Source: Squalus acanthias
Lineage: Eukaryota
Length of the DNA: 64,000 nt
Direction: 5' to 3'
Assembly (NCBI GenBank): GCA_030390025.1
Contig: CM059434.1
Span: forward strand, 45,570,001-45,634,000
Shown here: one piece after another, positions 1 to 13,062 of the stretch
Position numbering within the stretch: position 1 is the stretch's first letter
Layout: each line of letters opens with the position of its first letter
Notes under the pieces: generated by a model
Database searches by the model: none
The model's input: the letters and a program-made list of their open reading frames with translations, nothing else
Told to the model about the DNA's origin: nothing
Program-made: the position numbers and the translations under genes

Positions 1-1486
1 TTCCCCCACTCTCTCCTCCGATTCCCCACTCTCTCTCCCCCGATTCCCCTCTCTCGCCCGATTCCCCCACTCTCTCTCCTCCAATTCCCCCACTCTCTCT
101 CCTCCGATTCCCACTCTCTCTCCCCAATTTCCCCTCTCCTCCGATTACCCCACGCTCTCCCCCAATTCCCCCTCTCCCCCACTCTCTCCTCCGATTCCCC
201 CACTCTCTCCCCCGATTCCCCCTCTCTCCTCCAATTCCCCCACTCTCTCTCCCCCGATTCCCCCACTCTCTCTCCCCGATTCCCCCACTCTCTCTCCCCG
301 ATTCTCTCTCTCCCTCGATTCCCCCTCTCTCCCCCGATTCCCACTCTTCCCAATTCTCTCTCTCCCCCGATTCCCACTATCTCTCCCCCATTCCCCCACT
401 CTCTCCTCCGATTCCCCCACTCTCTCTCCCGCGATTCCCCCTCTGTCTCCTCCGATACCCCACTCTCTCCCCAATTTCCCCACTCTCTCCTCCGATTCCC
501 CCACTCTCTCCCCCGATTCCCTCTCTCTCCTCCAATTCCCCCACTCTCTCCCCCGATTCCCTCTCTCCCCCGATTCCCCCTCTCTCCCCCAATTCCCACT
601 CTCTCTCCCTCGATTCCCACTCTCTCTCCCCCTCTCCCCGATTCTCTCTCTCACCCGATTCCCCCACTCTCTCCCCCGATTCCCACTCTCCCCCGATTCC
701 CCCTCTCTCTCCCCGATTCTCTCTCCCCCGATTCCCACTCTCTTCCCGATTCTCTCTCTCCCCTGATTCCCCCTCTCTCTCCCCGATTCCCACTCTCTCC
801 CCCGATTCTCTCTCTCCCCTGATTCCCCCTCTCTCTCCCCGATTTTCTCTCTCTCCCCGATTCTCTCTCACCTGATTCCCACTCTCTCTCCCCGATTCTC
901 TCTCCCCGATTCCCTCTCTCCCCATTCTCTCTCCCCCGATTCCCCCTCTCTCGCCCCGATTCTCTCTCTCTCCCCCGATTCCCACTCTCCCCGATTCCCA
1001 CTCTCTCCCCGATTCTCTCTCTCTCCCCTGATTCCCCCTCTCTCTCCCCGATTCTCTCTCTCCCCTGATTCCCACTCTCTCTCCCCATTCTCTCTCTCCC
1101 CCGATTCCCCCCTCTCCCCATTCTCTCTCTCTCCCCGATTCCCCCTCTCTCTCCCCGATTCTCTCTCCCCCGATTCCCACTCTCTCTCCCCCGATTCCCA
1201 CTCTCTCTCCCCGATTCCCACTCTCTCCCCCTCTCTCCCCGATTCTCTCTCCCCCGATTCCCACTCTCTCCCCCTCTCCCCGATTCTCTCTCTCCCCTGA
1301 TTCCCCCTCTCCCCTGATTCCCCCTCTCTCTCTCCCCCGATTCCCACTCTCTTCCCGATTCTCTCTCCCCCGATTCCCCCTCTCCTCCGATTCCCCTACT
1401 CTCTCCTCCGATTCCCCCCCTCTCCTCCGATTCCCCCACTCTCTCCCCCGATTCCCTCTCTCTCCTCCAATTCCCCCACTCTCTCC
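1..1486. repeat. Polypyrimidine minisatellite (variants of CTCTCTCCCCCGATTCCC)
   Basis: Degenerate ~18-24 bp unit with a CCGATT core repeated up to the gap; the G/R/E-rich ORFs on the - strand are translations of this repeat. Confidence 0.95.
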
Positions 1487-1986
1487 NNNNNNNNNNNNNN
1501 NNNNNNNNNNNNNNNNNNNNNNNNNNNNNNNNNNNNNNNNNNNNNNNNNNNNNNNNNNNNNNNNNNNNNNNNNNNNNNNNNNNNNNNNNNNNNNNNNNNN
1601 NNNNNNNNNNNNNNNNNNNNNNNNNNNNNNNNNNNNNNNNNNNNNNNNNNNNNNNNNNNNNNNNNNNNNNNNNNNNNNNNNNNNNNNNNNNNNNNNNNNN
1701 NNNNNNNNNNNNNNNNNNNNNNNNNNNNNNNNNNNNNNNNNNNNNNNNNNNNNNNNNNNNNNNNNNNNNNNNNNNNNNNNNNNNNNNNNNNNNNNNNNNN
1801 NNNNNNNNNNNNNNNNNNNNNNNNNNNNNNNNNNNNNNNNNNNNNNNNNNNNNNNNNNNNNNNNNNNNNNNNNNNNNNNNNNNNNNNNNNNNNNNNNNNN
1901 NNNNNNNNNNNNNNNNNNNNNNNNNNNNNNNNNNNNNNNNNNNNNNNNNNNNNNNNNNNNNNNNNNNNNNNNNNNNNNNNNNNNNN
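1487..1986. other. Assembly gap (500 N)
   Basis: Run of N. Confidence 1.
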
Positions 1987-2019
1987 CCCCCCCCAGTCTC
2001 TCTCTCCCCCCCCCAAGGG

Positions 2020-2320
2020 CAGAGCGGCAGACGAGGCCCGACACCGGAATGCTGCGAGTTGGGAAAGAGTCCGAGAGCGGGAGCAGTCAAACAACAACAA
2101 CTGCGAAACCGGTAAAGTGACATCACAACTAGGGAAGGAGCTGATTGGTAAGTCGGACCTGGTGAGTATTTCTACAGTCCAGTCGTTAAAGTAAAAGTAA
2201 GGTCTCTAGTTTAGAGTAAGTAGTATTTAAAGGGAAGTAAGGTCCCTAGTGTATTTAATATTCTTTAATTTAAAGGAAGTAAAGGGAGTAAATTAAGGGT
2301 AGGACATGGCAGGGCAGCTC
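2020..2320 (+). mobile_element. Isolated 5' end (5'UTR and ORF1 start) of a CR1 LINE
   Basis: GGAGCTGATTGGTAAGT and ATGGCAGGGCAGCTC (2306) match the 5'UTR GGAGCTGATTGGTGAGT and ORF1 start ATGGCAGGAGAGCTC (60934) of the CR1 at 60263. Confidence 0.6.
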
Positions 2321-2862
2321 GTCTCCCCCTGTTCTATTAACACAATCCTTAAAACCAATCTCTTCCATTTAGCCTTTGGTAAACCCTCCTAATATCTCCT
2401 CCATTAGCTCGTCATCCATTTTTTGATTACACCTCTGTGAAATGCTTTGGGATGTTTTTCCAGTTAAAGGCGCTATATAAATGCATGTTGTTGTGGGGGA
2501 AGATTAGGGGCAGCCGGGGTCGAGAGGTAGTGGAGAGTTTGAGCTGGGTGTCGTGACCATAAGTGTGGAAGTTGACCGTATGTCTCTGGATGATGGTCAC
2601 TGGCAGTGCATTTCGAGGAATTTTCTTTAACATTGAAATGGTGCATTCTGGGTATTTAGAAAATATTTTGCTTCACCTAAATGTATCCAAATACAACAGG
2701 TCCAGCCAAACTATCCATTCCCCAAAGGCTACCTTAAAACTTCTTTTCCCTCTGCAAAGAGGCAATCTAACTCCTACCACTAGTTCACAGAGACACTCTT
2801 TCCCCCTCCAACTCCACCCCGTTTAGATAGGCCATATGTATCACCCAGTTTAGAGACACTTT

Positions 2863-3974
2863 GGCCCCAATATTTGCGGGGAGGGTGAGGGTGAAGCTGA
2901 AAACATCCGATTAACCTGGCAAGGCTGGGGACGTGAAGGCCCTGCCAATCTTAACAGCAGTGCTTCATTTGCATCTTTTAGCCACCTCCCGCTCAGCAGC
3001 CGTCCAAAAGGACAATCTGACCAGTGGGCAGGAGGGAACGCTAGCGGCAGAAGGCTGCAACCAGGGACCCTTGGGAACGGGCCCTGGAAATCGAGCGGGG
3101 GAGGGAGGACGCTCCGGTTGGTAATTGGGGAGTCGAGGGAGGCTTACGGTTGAGGTAAAGATCAGCCATGATCTTATTGAATGGGCCATACGGCCTAATC
3201 CTGCTCCTATTTCTTATGTTCTTATGAAGGCTTCCTTGAGGTGTCTGGGGGAGCACTCCTGCTCCTGTTGGCCCACAAGAGGTGTTGAAGAAGCCACTTA
3301 CCTTGGGAAGCCGACAGCTCCCGCCTCCGTTTCACTGCCGAGTTTCCCGTCCCCCGGGAAACCCATGCCGCACAAGTTAATTTCAAATCAGGCTCCCAAT
3401 TGCACTGTTGGAGTCCTATTTAAATATGTAAATAAGCGTCCCGCCTCTCCATGGACGGACACTCCGACGTCCCGAATTCTGCCGTCGTAAAAATGTCAGC
3501 AGGCATGTGAGCGGCATGTTGGGGTCAGGTTACGTGGATTTCATTTTTTAATTCCGCCCCCCTCCCCGCCGACACTGTCCCGCCCGTCGTGGGGAGGGGT
3601 TAATATCGTGGACTTTAGGGGGCGAAATTCGGTTAGGCCCCATTTGGGGGCGGTGACCAAATTATTGCCGGAGATTCGGCGCCCGACGCGGAAGTATTGC
3701 CCTGACCGCTAAATTTGGCTTACCGCCCCGGCGAGGAAGCAGAGCGCTATCTCGGGCGCACCACTTCCTCTCGGGGTGGTGTCGGGAGCGATGGCGCCGG
3801 CGTTGACAGTGGCCTGGGGCGCTACCGGCGGGGGCACGGCGCTATCAGCTAGCGCTTCAGTAGCGCCCCACCGAATTTCTCGGGAGGCGCCGCCCGGGCG
3901 ATAAGCCCTTTGCGCTCCGTTAGCATCCCCCGGAGGTGCTAACGGCAGGCGCAAAGGAGCCAAATTTCGGGGCC
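2863..3974. mobile_element. Two adjacent GC-rich non-autonomous TIR elements (MITE-like; ~2863-3613 and 3618-3974)
   Basis: Termini GGCCCCAATATT... and GGGGGCGAAATT...AAATTTCGGGGCC resemble other MITE termini in the window; a CR1 3' tail fragment sits at ~3145-3225. Confidence 0.55.
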
Positions 3975-4496
3975 ATGATCTTTAGTATGCACCAGTCATG
4001 GCTGCAGTTCCTCCCCGAGGTTCCTTTTTTGAATCAGTTTCTGTATTACAAGGGGAAATTCCTGTTTCACATGATGAAGCTTCCTACTTGCAGTTTGGTC
4101 TTTGATCGAAGCAGTAGCATCGTACAGTAACCAAAACCACAGGCACTTGCTGATCAAGCCACCCTTCCTTCTGCATTCCAAAAATCAACCCCATGAAAAT
4201 CAAAGAAATCAACCTGAAAACCTACATGGTACTGACATAGAAAAGAGACTACTGCCCTCGCTGTCATTAAACAAAAGACGGAAATTCACCATATCCAATA
4301 GTGTTGCACCAACATTATATAAAAATACAAAATATTATGTTTTAGGGTTTTCTGTTAGATATACTATTTGGCTTAAGCGTCACTGATCAATTATGTCAGC
4401 TAACCGTGTCTCCCCGAGGAACCAGAGTTTGTGTTTATCTGCCCACTATTTATGCAAATATAGTGAGTCCCAGGGATTAAACCGAGAACGATTGCC

Positions 4497-5240
4497 ACAA
4501 CAACAACAACAACTTGTATTTATATAGCAACTTTAACATAGAAAATCGTCCCAAGGCGCTTCACAGGAGCGTTATAAAACACAATTTGACACTCAGCCAC
4601 ATAAGGAGATATTAGGGCAGATGACCAAAAGCTTAGTCAAAGAGGTAGGTTTTAAGGAGCGTCCTAAAGGAGGAAGGAGAGGTAGAGAGGGGCGGAGAGG
4701 TTTAGGCAGCTGAAGGCATGGCCACCAATGGTGGAGCGATTAAAATCGAGGATGCTCAAGAGGCCAGAATTAGAGCAGCGCAGATATCTCGGAGAGGTGT
4801 GGGGCTGGAGGAGGTTACAGTGATAGAGAGGGGCGAGGCCATGGAGGGATTTGAAAACAACAATGAGAATTTTGAAATCAAGGCGTTGCTTAATTGGGAG
4901 CCTATGTAGATGAACGAACACAGGGGTGATAGGTGAATGGGACTTGGTGCGAGTAAGGACGCAGGCAGCAGAGTTTTAGATGACCAAGTTTACGGAGAGT
5001 AGAACGTGGGAGGCCAGCCAGGAATATGTTGGAATAGTCAAGTGTAGATTGAGGTAACAAAGGCATGGATGAGGGTTTCAGCAGCAGATGAGCTGAGGCA
5101 GGGGCGGAGTCAGGTGATGTTCCAGAGTTGAAAATAGGCGGTCTTAGTGATGGCGTGGATATGTGGTTGGCAGCTCATCTCGGGGTCAGATATGACACCA
5201 AGGTTGTGAACAGTCTGGTTCAGCCTCAGACAATTGCCCT
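4497..5240 (-). mobile_element. L2-like LINE 3' fragment
   Basis: ORF 4664-4921 ([30 protein letters not shown]) is the typical L2 ORF2 C-terminus; (AAC)n tail; paralogous to 19975-20680. Confidence 0.8.
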
Positions 5241-5244
5241 TGTA

Positions 5245-5330
5245 TTTGAAATAAAAACAGAAAATGCTGGAAATACTCAGCAGGTCAGGCAGCATCTGTG
5301 GTGAGAGAAACAGAGTTAATGTTTCAGGTC
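5245..5330 (-). mobile_element. Penelope-like element tail fragment
   Basis: Reverse complement of the 45717-45795 tail. Confidence 0.7.
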
Positions 5331-7572
5331 TGCATTTGGTTTACTGGAATATATGACGTGCCACCACTGTTTGTCTTTGCTGGGCTGAGTTTTATATACA
5401 GTCTATTGGAACGAGGCTCAGTCTATAAACCAACAAACAAATTTGTTCAGTATTAAAAAGGTAAGTAACTGGTAGTTGGTACAAACGGTATACCTACGTT
5501 AGTTTCAACCTTTGCTATTCTCCTCATTGTCAAAAGAACTAAGATGCTTATCCTGGCTACCACCAATGTAAAATTTATTTTTGAAACTCCGTTTATGGTG
5601 AATCACTACCAAAGAGTCACTGATAAAGCAGTCTGCCTCCTGGCTTTAGACAAACTGGCGAGCTGAGCACAGGGTGACAAACATTAGCTCATAATCGGAA
5701 GCTCCTGGCCACAGAGCTGTAACTCAGAGACTACAAAGAATTGTGGGCTCTGCTTCCCCTCATAGACCTGACTTACATCTTCCCCTCAGTCACAGCTGTC
5801 AATCAAAAGCACGACCTCAGACACCTAGGATGATGGAATTGCACGGGTAGGCTTGATTCATTGATCTGTGCCAAATACTTTCAGTGACAATCCCCGTCCA
5901 GGTACAATGTGAACATCCCATGCACACCAATGAATTGCAGAATTGTGCATGTCTCTATCTTGCCTTGAAATATGAATATTAGCTCGATTGTATTGTGGAT
6001 TCCCTCCAGCTTGCAAAAAGCATTATGCAATAACTGACTGTAACATTATAGCCAGTAATAAAGCCAGTAATAGATAATCTAACAATGACAAAAATGCTTC
6101 CTTTTTGTCACAGAAGAGACTTGGCAATTTTCAACAATTCAGTCAGTCTGCTGCTCACTTACTCTGCATCAGTGTCTCCATATTCCACATTCTGAACTGA
6201 GACCTCCCCTTTGTCCTCCTGGCACAGAGGTTCATGCTGAAGTGTTAGTCAGCAATTGGGACATCCCTTGATGTTGTCTGGGCTGGCTGATCATTAAGAA
6301 AAAATGGCTTTCCCACTGGCCATCTGCGAGAGCAATTGGATTTGTGAGCAGCAGAACTCAAGGAATTCACATTGTGGGAAACTCTCTTCAATGGCAGGAC
6401 ACCATACCTCAGCACCCTGGCTCCATTTAACCACTGGTCTGTGTCCCACCTACAGTGAGATTAAGTTAGCGGTTCTCATGTACACTTTTTTATCCCCATA
6501 TTTGCTGCTCCAGTGGAAAAGAAGCATTCATTGGCTGCTGATTATGACTATGGCCATTTACTGCCCCTCTAACTTCTAGAGTTGGCTTATATGTTGTTTA
6601 ACCTCCTGTTTATTTGTATTTCCCTTGTGCTATTCTACCTGTCCTGTGTTGTTATTTGGTTTGTCACTGGCCTGTAAAGTATTTTATGGAACTGTGGGTG
6701 GTCATATTTGCTGCTCCCTGTAGCCTGTTCTCATCTTCCCATCCCTTGTTCACCGGTGCAATCAGGGTCAGCAGGAAGCCACGATGGTCTGCACTAAAAG
6801 GGATAGCTCCTTTTTGCCCATGCAACAACAGTGAGTGCATTTCAAAAGTAATTCATTGACTGTGAAGCATTTGGGACACCCTGAGGCTGTGATTGGTGCT
6901 CTGTAAATGCAAGTTTGTTTGTTCATTTGTAGTGTAAAATAAGAAAGACGCACAAATAGCTGGACCTAGTCCTTCCATGTCTTGTTCCCTGGTGCAGTCC
7001 AAAAACTTCTTTCCTTCTTAAATGAAAAAGCTTCTATTCATTGGGGAAAATGTAGTAATTATTTTAGAAACAGCTTTAAAATCAAGGAATTATTTTACAG
7101 TTTATATTAATATTGGACTTGGATAAAGAATATATATGTAGAATTAGAGGGCCTTGCGTAATGTTGATGTATGGAATGTTAGAACAGACTGTGATTAGAT
7201 AGATGTAATACATAAAGAAAGGTTGGGATTTAGGTTTTGTTTTCTCTCTTTTTATCCTCTCTTGACCAATCCAAATGTCTCCAGAACATCTCCAGCAATT
7301 GCTTCTTTTCCTTCTCCTGCACCGTTACCTCTGGAGTAACCTAAAGATCTATACTTAGCTCCTTCCTCCGACTTATCTACATGCTGCCCCTTGGTGACAT
7401 CATCTGAAGACACGGGTCAGGTTCCACATATATACTGAAAACACCCAGCTCTAACTCTCCACCTCCTGTATTGACCCCTCCACTGCCTCTGTGTTGTCAG
7501 ACTTTGTCTGACGTCTGGTCCTAGATGAGTCACAATTTCCTCCAATTGTACATCGGGAACACCAAAGCCATT

Positions 7573-8315
7573 GGCCCAAAAATTAGTGCCGCTACGCGAG
7601 AGTACGCACTGTGTACTCTCGCGTATTCTGTCTCCAATTGCCGGTTTTCTGCATGCACTGCGCATGCGCTGAAAACCGGCACTTGGTGAATTCAAAAGGG
7701 GGAGGTTCCTAGGTGAACCGCGTGCGCGCTACAGGCTGCGCGCACGCAGTGCACTTAGTGCTTTGAACGCGCAGGTAAGCATGGAACATTTTAGACATAA
7801 AGAAAGGAGGCGTAAGACCCTCTTTTAACAAGGTAAGTAGTTAATTAAGTATTATTTTGAATTTTTTTTAACAGGTATATCTTTTTTAGAGACTTTAAAG
7901 ACAGGTAAGTTTATTTTTATAACTTTTTAAAAGATTTTAAATTTTTTCAAAAATTAAATTTTTTGTTTAAAATGGTTAATTTATTTAACTATACTTATTT
8001 TATTAATGTGATGGTTTTTAAAAAAAATTTAATTGAGGTTTAGCTGTTCTTTTGGGGGGGTATAGATTCATAGCTTTCACAGCACTTATGTGAAAGCTCT
8101 GAATGAAAGATGGTGTGCTGCCATTGGCCCTAACTGAGTCACGTGATCCCACAACTCGCACGAATTAACTACGCCTGTGGGATACGGAAGCCCTGCACAG
8201 CTGCTGTCCAGAACATCAAGTTCGTGCGAGCTCGGACTAAAAAAGCCAGCGCGCAGTGAGAGATCGCGGGGAAGCCTTACCCTCGCACGAAGGCTCCCTC
8301 ACGAATTTTTGGGCC
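7573..8315. mobile_element. Harbinger-like MITE inserted in a decayed L2 copy
   Basis: TIRs GGCCCAAAAATT...AATTTTTGGGCC, with ATT duplicated on both sides (7570-72, 8316-18). Confidence 0.8.
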
Positions 8316-9049
8316 ATTGTCTTTGGACATCGCCACAAACTCCGTACCCTCGACTCCGATTCCATCCCCTTTCCCAGCCACTGTCTTGGGTTGAACCAAA
8401 GTGTTTGCAACCTCGACAACCCATTTGACTCTGTGCTGAGCCTCCTGCTCCATATCACTCCATCACAAGGACTGCCTCTGTAACATCGCCCTACTCCACC
8501 TCTGTCCATCTGCTGCTGAAATCCTCATGCCTGCCTTTGTCACATCCAGACTCGACTACTGTTACAACATTGTTGGAAATATTGCCCCACATCGACTTGT
8601 GATTTAAATGACAGAGAAGAGAGAGTCAGGCTAAGTACAACTTGGTTTTTACGGTTTATATTCCAGTACCTGTGTGAAAATGGCAAGGCATATGGTTATA
8701 GGCTGCATGTTGAAAAGGGGTCTTGTTTTGCAGTGTATTAGTGATCTTGGAGACAAGCTATTAGAAAAGATGACTTTCCATACAGACCAGGAAGGTTCCA
8801 GTTGGACCCATAATCTGTGATGAGAAAGCTGATCTGAAATGCAAATATGATGAAGGCAATATAATTAGTTTTAGCAATCTGAATTGTGCCAGAACAGATA
8901 GTCCCGAGAAATTGGGCGTCCGGCCTCATGTAAAGTAGGCCCCAGGCAAGTCACCAGCAATGCAGCTGTAAATTGCGGGCTGCTGCATCACCGGTGACAA
9001 CAGTCGTCAGGACTGCTGAGGAGCTGACAGGAGCAATCCTGCTCCTGAG

Positions 9050-10005
9050 GTCGCCACCACCACAGAAGCCAATCTTCAACCAATTCGATTCACTCCACGT
9101 GATATCAAGAAACGGCTGAGCACACTGGATACACCAAAGGCTATGGGCCCCAACAACATCCCGGCTATCGTGCAGAAGACTTGTGCTCCAGAACTAGCCG
9201 CGCCTCTAGCCAATCTGTTCCAATACAGCTACAACATTGGTATCTATCCGACAATGTGGAAAACTGCCCAGGTATGTCCTGTCCACAAAAAGCAGTACAA
9301 ATCCAACCCGGCCAATTACCGCCCCATCAGTCTACTCTCAATCATCAGCAAAGTGACGGAAGGTGTCATCGACAGTGCTATCAAGCGGCACTTACTCACC
9401 AATAACCTGCTCACTGATGCCCAGTCTGGGTTCCGCCAAGACCACTTGGCTCCCGACCTCATTACAGCCTTGGTCCAAACATGGACAAAGGAGCTGAATT
9501 CCAGAGGTGAGGTAAGAGTGACTGCCCTTGACATCAAGGCAGCATTTGACCGAGTGTGGCATCAAGGAGCCCTAGTAAAACTGAAGTTAATGGGAATCGG
9601 GGGGGAAAACGCTCCACTGGCTGGAGTCATACATGGCACAAAGGAACATGATTGTGGTGGTTGAAGGTCAATCATCACAGCCCCAAGACATCGCTGCAGG
9701 AGTTCCTCAGGGCAGTGTCCCAGGCCCAACCATCTTCAGCTGCTTCATCAATGACCTTCCCTCCAACATAAGGTCAGAAATGGGGATGTTCGCTGATGAC
9801 TGTGCAGTGTTCAGCGCCATTCACAACTCCTCAGATAATGAAGCAGTCCATGCACTGGACGACATTCAGGCTGATAAGTGGCAGGTAACATTCGCACCAC
9901 ACAAGTGTCAGGCAATGACTATCTCCAACAAGCGAGAGTCTAACCACCTCCCCTTGACATTCAATGGCATTACCATTGCCGAATCCCCCACCATCAACAT
10001 CCTGA
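9050..10005 (+). mobile_element. CR1/L2-group LINE reverse transcriptase fragment (frameshifted)
   Basis: ORFs 9143-9664 and 9633-10082 carry NYRPISLL, LDIKAAFDRV, GVPQGS, FADD; same family as 44075-46003. Confidence 0.9.
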
Positions 10006-10285
10006 ATATGTTATTAATGAGACCTGTCACTGGGGTCTTGGATTCTATCAGGCCAGCTCCAAGTAACTGTGCAAGCCAATAACCTAATGAGTGGGATGGT
10101 CCTAGTTGGACAAACAGTGGGAAGCTTACAAGAATTATGTACTGGTAAGCTGGGTGGCTTCAGCTAATTACACTCCAGCAGTAGTTTGAATACATTTGGT
10201 GGGGGGAGGGGGGGCTAAAGTGTGGCATTTGCAAACCTGCTTCTAAGTTTTCTGAACTTGGGTAAATGGAATGTGTCCTTACAGA

Positions 10286-12006
10286 GGCCGGAATTTTACG
10301 GGAGGTTCAGCGGGTGGGATCGGTAGTGGGTCGGGTGGAAAAGTGGATTTTTTTTGACAGCGGGTCAGGACCCCGCTGTCAACCCGCCGCCACGTGCCTT
10401 TCCCAATGTCGGGTCTTTCAGCGCTGAGCAGACCCGACAGGCAGCGGCGGGGGTCCCAATTAAACTCATTCTAATGTCATTAACAGATCATTAACAGGCT
10501 TTTTTAACTCACCTTTTCACTGTAACTTCATGGCTATGGGAACCATGGCTGTCAACCTGAGGCGGGAGTTCAGTGGCCATTGCTCCAGCTGATTATTTGA
10601 CAGCTTCAAATGCACAGTAAAAGCTCCCACCTGACAGATCATCACTTGCCTCAGCCACAAGCTGTTTCTCAATCTATTTCCAGCACAGATTCTGCAGGCT
10701 TTCCACTCTCACCTGATTGGAAGAACTCTTTCACCGTTGACAGAATGCTTCTGTCATCTCTACTTCACCTGCCATCTATTCCATCAACATGGGTGCCCTT
10801 TATACTGTCTCATCTTGGTCCTCAGAATCCGACCATGATCAGCCCCAACACCAGCAGCACCAGGCACACCTGCAGCAACAACAACACCAACCTTCTCGGC
10901 AATCACCTGATGCTGCACAGGACAGAGGGCATCAGCACCCGAGCACATTGCTGCCAGGGATGGCCTCACCATGGCCAGATTTACTTCACTTGATGCTGTA
11001 CACCCTGGCTGCCACATGATGTGCCAGGTTGGCACCACCCCACACCAACACCATAAAACATCCCTACAATGCCCAAGCCATTCCTTTCACGCTCACCATC
11101 ATTGCAGTGGGTACCGTTATGTCTCACCATTCACTGCCGCTCACTAAGCCACTTCTAAAGGTGCTCACAAATCTGTCCAAGAACACAAAGTGTTGAAAAT
11201 AAAGATTTCAATGTTTGACAACACATTAACAGAAACTTTACATGAACATTGGATAAAACACACAAGTGGCTACCCTTGTGTGTTGTTAGTTGGTATGATT
11301 GCACTAGGATGAGGGTGAGTGTGAGGTGGCTAGTGAGATGGGGTTGTGATAATGTAGACAGAGAAAGAGGGATGGGTGGAGGTGCAAGGTAAGTTGGTGT
11401 GAGTAAGGATGTGCAGGGGGAAGGTAGGGGATATCATGAGAGGCACAGCAGGATGAAGGTGGTGTGGTTTTTTACTAACGTTTCGTGATCTACTGAGATC
11501 ATTGAAAGGTTTGTGCCACTGCACCCAGGTCCTCCTGACAACATCCTTGCTGGTGCCCTCCTGTGCAATGTGCAACCAGGCTGTGTTGGTCTCCTGGGGA
11601 GTTCTCTGCCGCCCATGGGAAGAGAAGGGGACCTCCCTGTGTGCTGTAACTCCCTCCATAAGCACATGGAGGGAGTCATGGGAGAACCTGAGTGCAGCCC
11701 TGCACCTCTGTACAGTGCTTGTCAGTGTTTGCAGCACCTCAATGCTGTAGAACACCGACAGCACAAATGTCAAAATAAGGTTGGCCATGGTCCCTTTAAG
11801 AAAACCGGCTGATGATGCGTCATCAAATGATGTGTTCAGACCCGCTTCCTCTAATTGGACCGGCAAACGCGCTGGGCGGGCTTAACAAGCCCCATCAATG
11901 AAAAGTCATTTTGGACAGCGGGCTGGAGCCAGCAGCGGGGTCGGGACCTGCCACCGATGTCGCCTGCCGAGGTCAGCAAAAGCCCTGCCAGAGTAAATGT
12001 TTCCCT
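10286..12006 (-). mobile_element. Harbinger-derived non-autonomous element with a Myb/SANT-like remnant
   Basis: ALRFSHDSLHVLMEGV...AWLHIAQE...[14 protein letters not shown] is a trihelix Myb/SANT signature of PIF/Harbinger ORF1; GGCCGGAATTTTAC terminus. Confidence 0.7.
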
Positions 12007-12720
12007 CCATATCTGACAAACAGAAACTTCATGTATAGCCCAGGGACCCACTTCTGATTGTCATCGACAAACTTCTGCAATGTGCATGTGTGTTGACAGG
12101 AATACAGGATAGAGATCAGCTGCAGACCTTCATGGCTGAATAGTTTTCTAACAATGTTTGCGTTAACATGTGAAGAATAACCACTTGGACAAGGTATTTG
12201 AGGTCTACCACTGACTATATTGGAGGGCTACTGTGACTGTTGAACCCCACAACAGCACCAATTGTCACCTTTTGAGAGAGAAAGAAAACAGATTTGGAGA
12301 CGTGTGTGTGTGTCAATAGAAATATATCATCCTAATATTTATTTTTCTCTCTTTTTGTAGTATTCCCATTCTAAGCATCATACCCACCTGGGAGGACAGT
12401 CATACAACCGGCTTTGAAGTTTCCATCTTTGCTGCTTCATAATCAGTTGCTAGGCGATGCATTTGAATTACCTAATGTGATGCTCCCTAATTCCCTGTGA
12501 GGAAGCACCCTAACCCTAACCCTAAATTTGCTCAACCCCAATCAAAGGGATGACAGATTGGTGGTGCACCACGTCAGGGAATCATGGATGTGCCTTGCAT
12601 CCAACCATTCCATGGCAGTGCTACTGTGCTACATCAAGCAGTATATTTTGAATCTGTTTTATTTCTAGTTGTGATACTTGAATGGAGATATTAATGTTTA
12701 ATTGTTCTATTGATATTTAG

Positions 12721-13062
12721 AAGCCTTGGATGTGAACATATTTGCAAAACGAAAGAATGTCTTAGTGAATGAAGATGTTTCCCTGGAATGTAAAGTTACC
12801 GGCTATAGAACACCAACACTCGACTTAACAAATGTAGGTGTCCAGTGGTTGTTTGGGCCCAAAAAGGAAGAGATCTTTGTCTTTAATGGAGGACAACATT
12901 TACCAAAAAGACCTGGAGCAAAAATGTCTGAAACCGAATTACAGAAAGGAGATGCTTCACTTCATCTTCCAAATGTACAGTTTAATGAAGAAGGAGAATA
13001 CACTTGTATTGTAATTGTCACTCCTGATCAGGTAGCAAAGAGTTCAGAAATGCAGGTGTCAG
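12721..13062 (+). CDS. NCR3LG1-like: Exon: IgV domain (B7-H6-like)
   Basis: tttag|AAGCC...TCAG|gtaagt, 342 nt; [22 protein letters not shown]. Confidence 0.93.

Noticed and set aside
145-2126. Long G/R/E-rich ORFs on the - strand
   Set aside because: Translations of a minisatellite and the N gap
2563-2826. ORF with a signal-peptide-like start (MWKLTVCLWMMV) as leader of the Ig gene
   Set aside because: GTG start, appears to be antisense LINE sequence, no suitable phase-1 donor seen
6591-6677. Hydrophobic mini-ORF MLFNLLFICISLVLFYL... as leader exon
   Set aside because: The best nearby donor is phase 2, incompatible with the phase-1 V exon; T-rich DNA gives hydrophobic translations by chance
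10087-10144. ATG...ACTG|gtaagc phase-1 candidate first exon
   Set aside because: Peptide MSGMVLVGQTVGSLQELCT lacks a hydrophobic core; unsupported
12508-12526. (CCCTAA)3 telomere-like motif
   Set aside because: Too short to call an interstitial telomere
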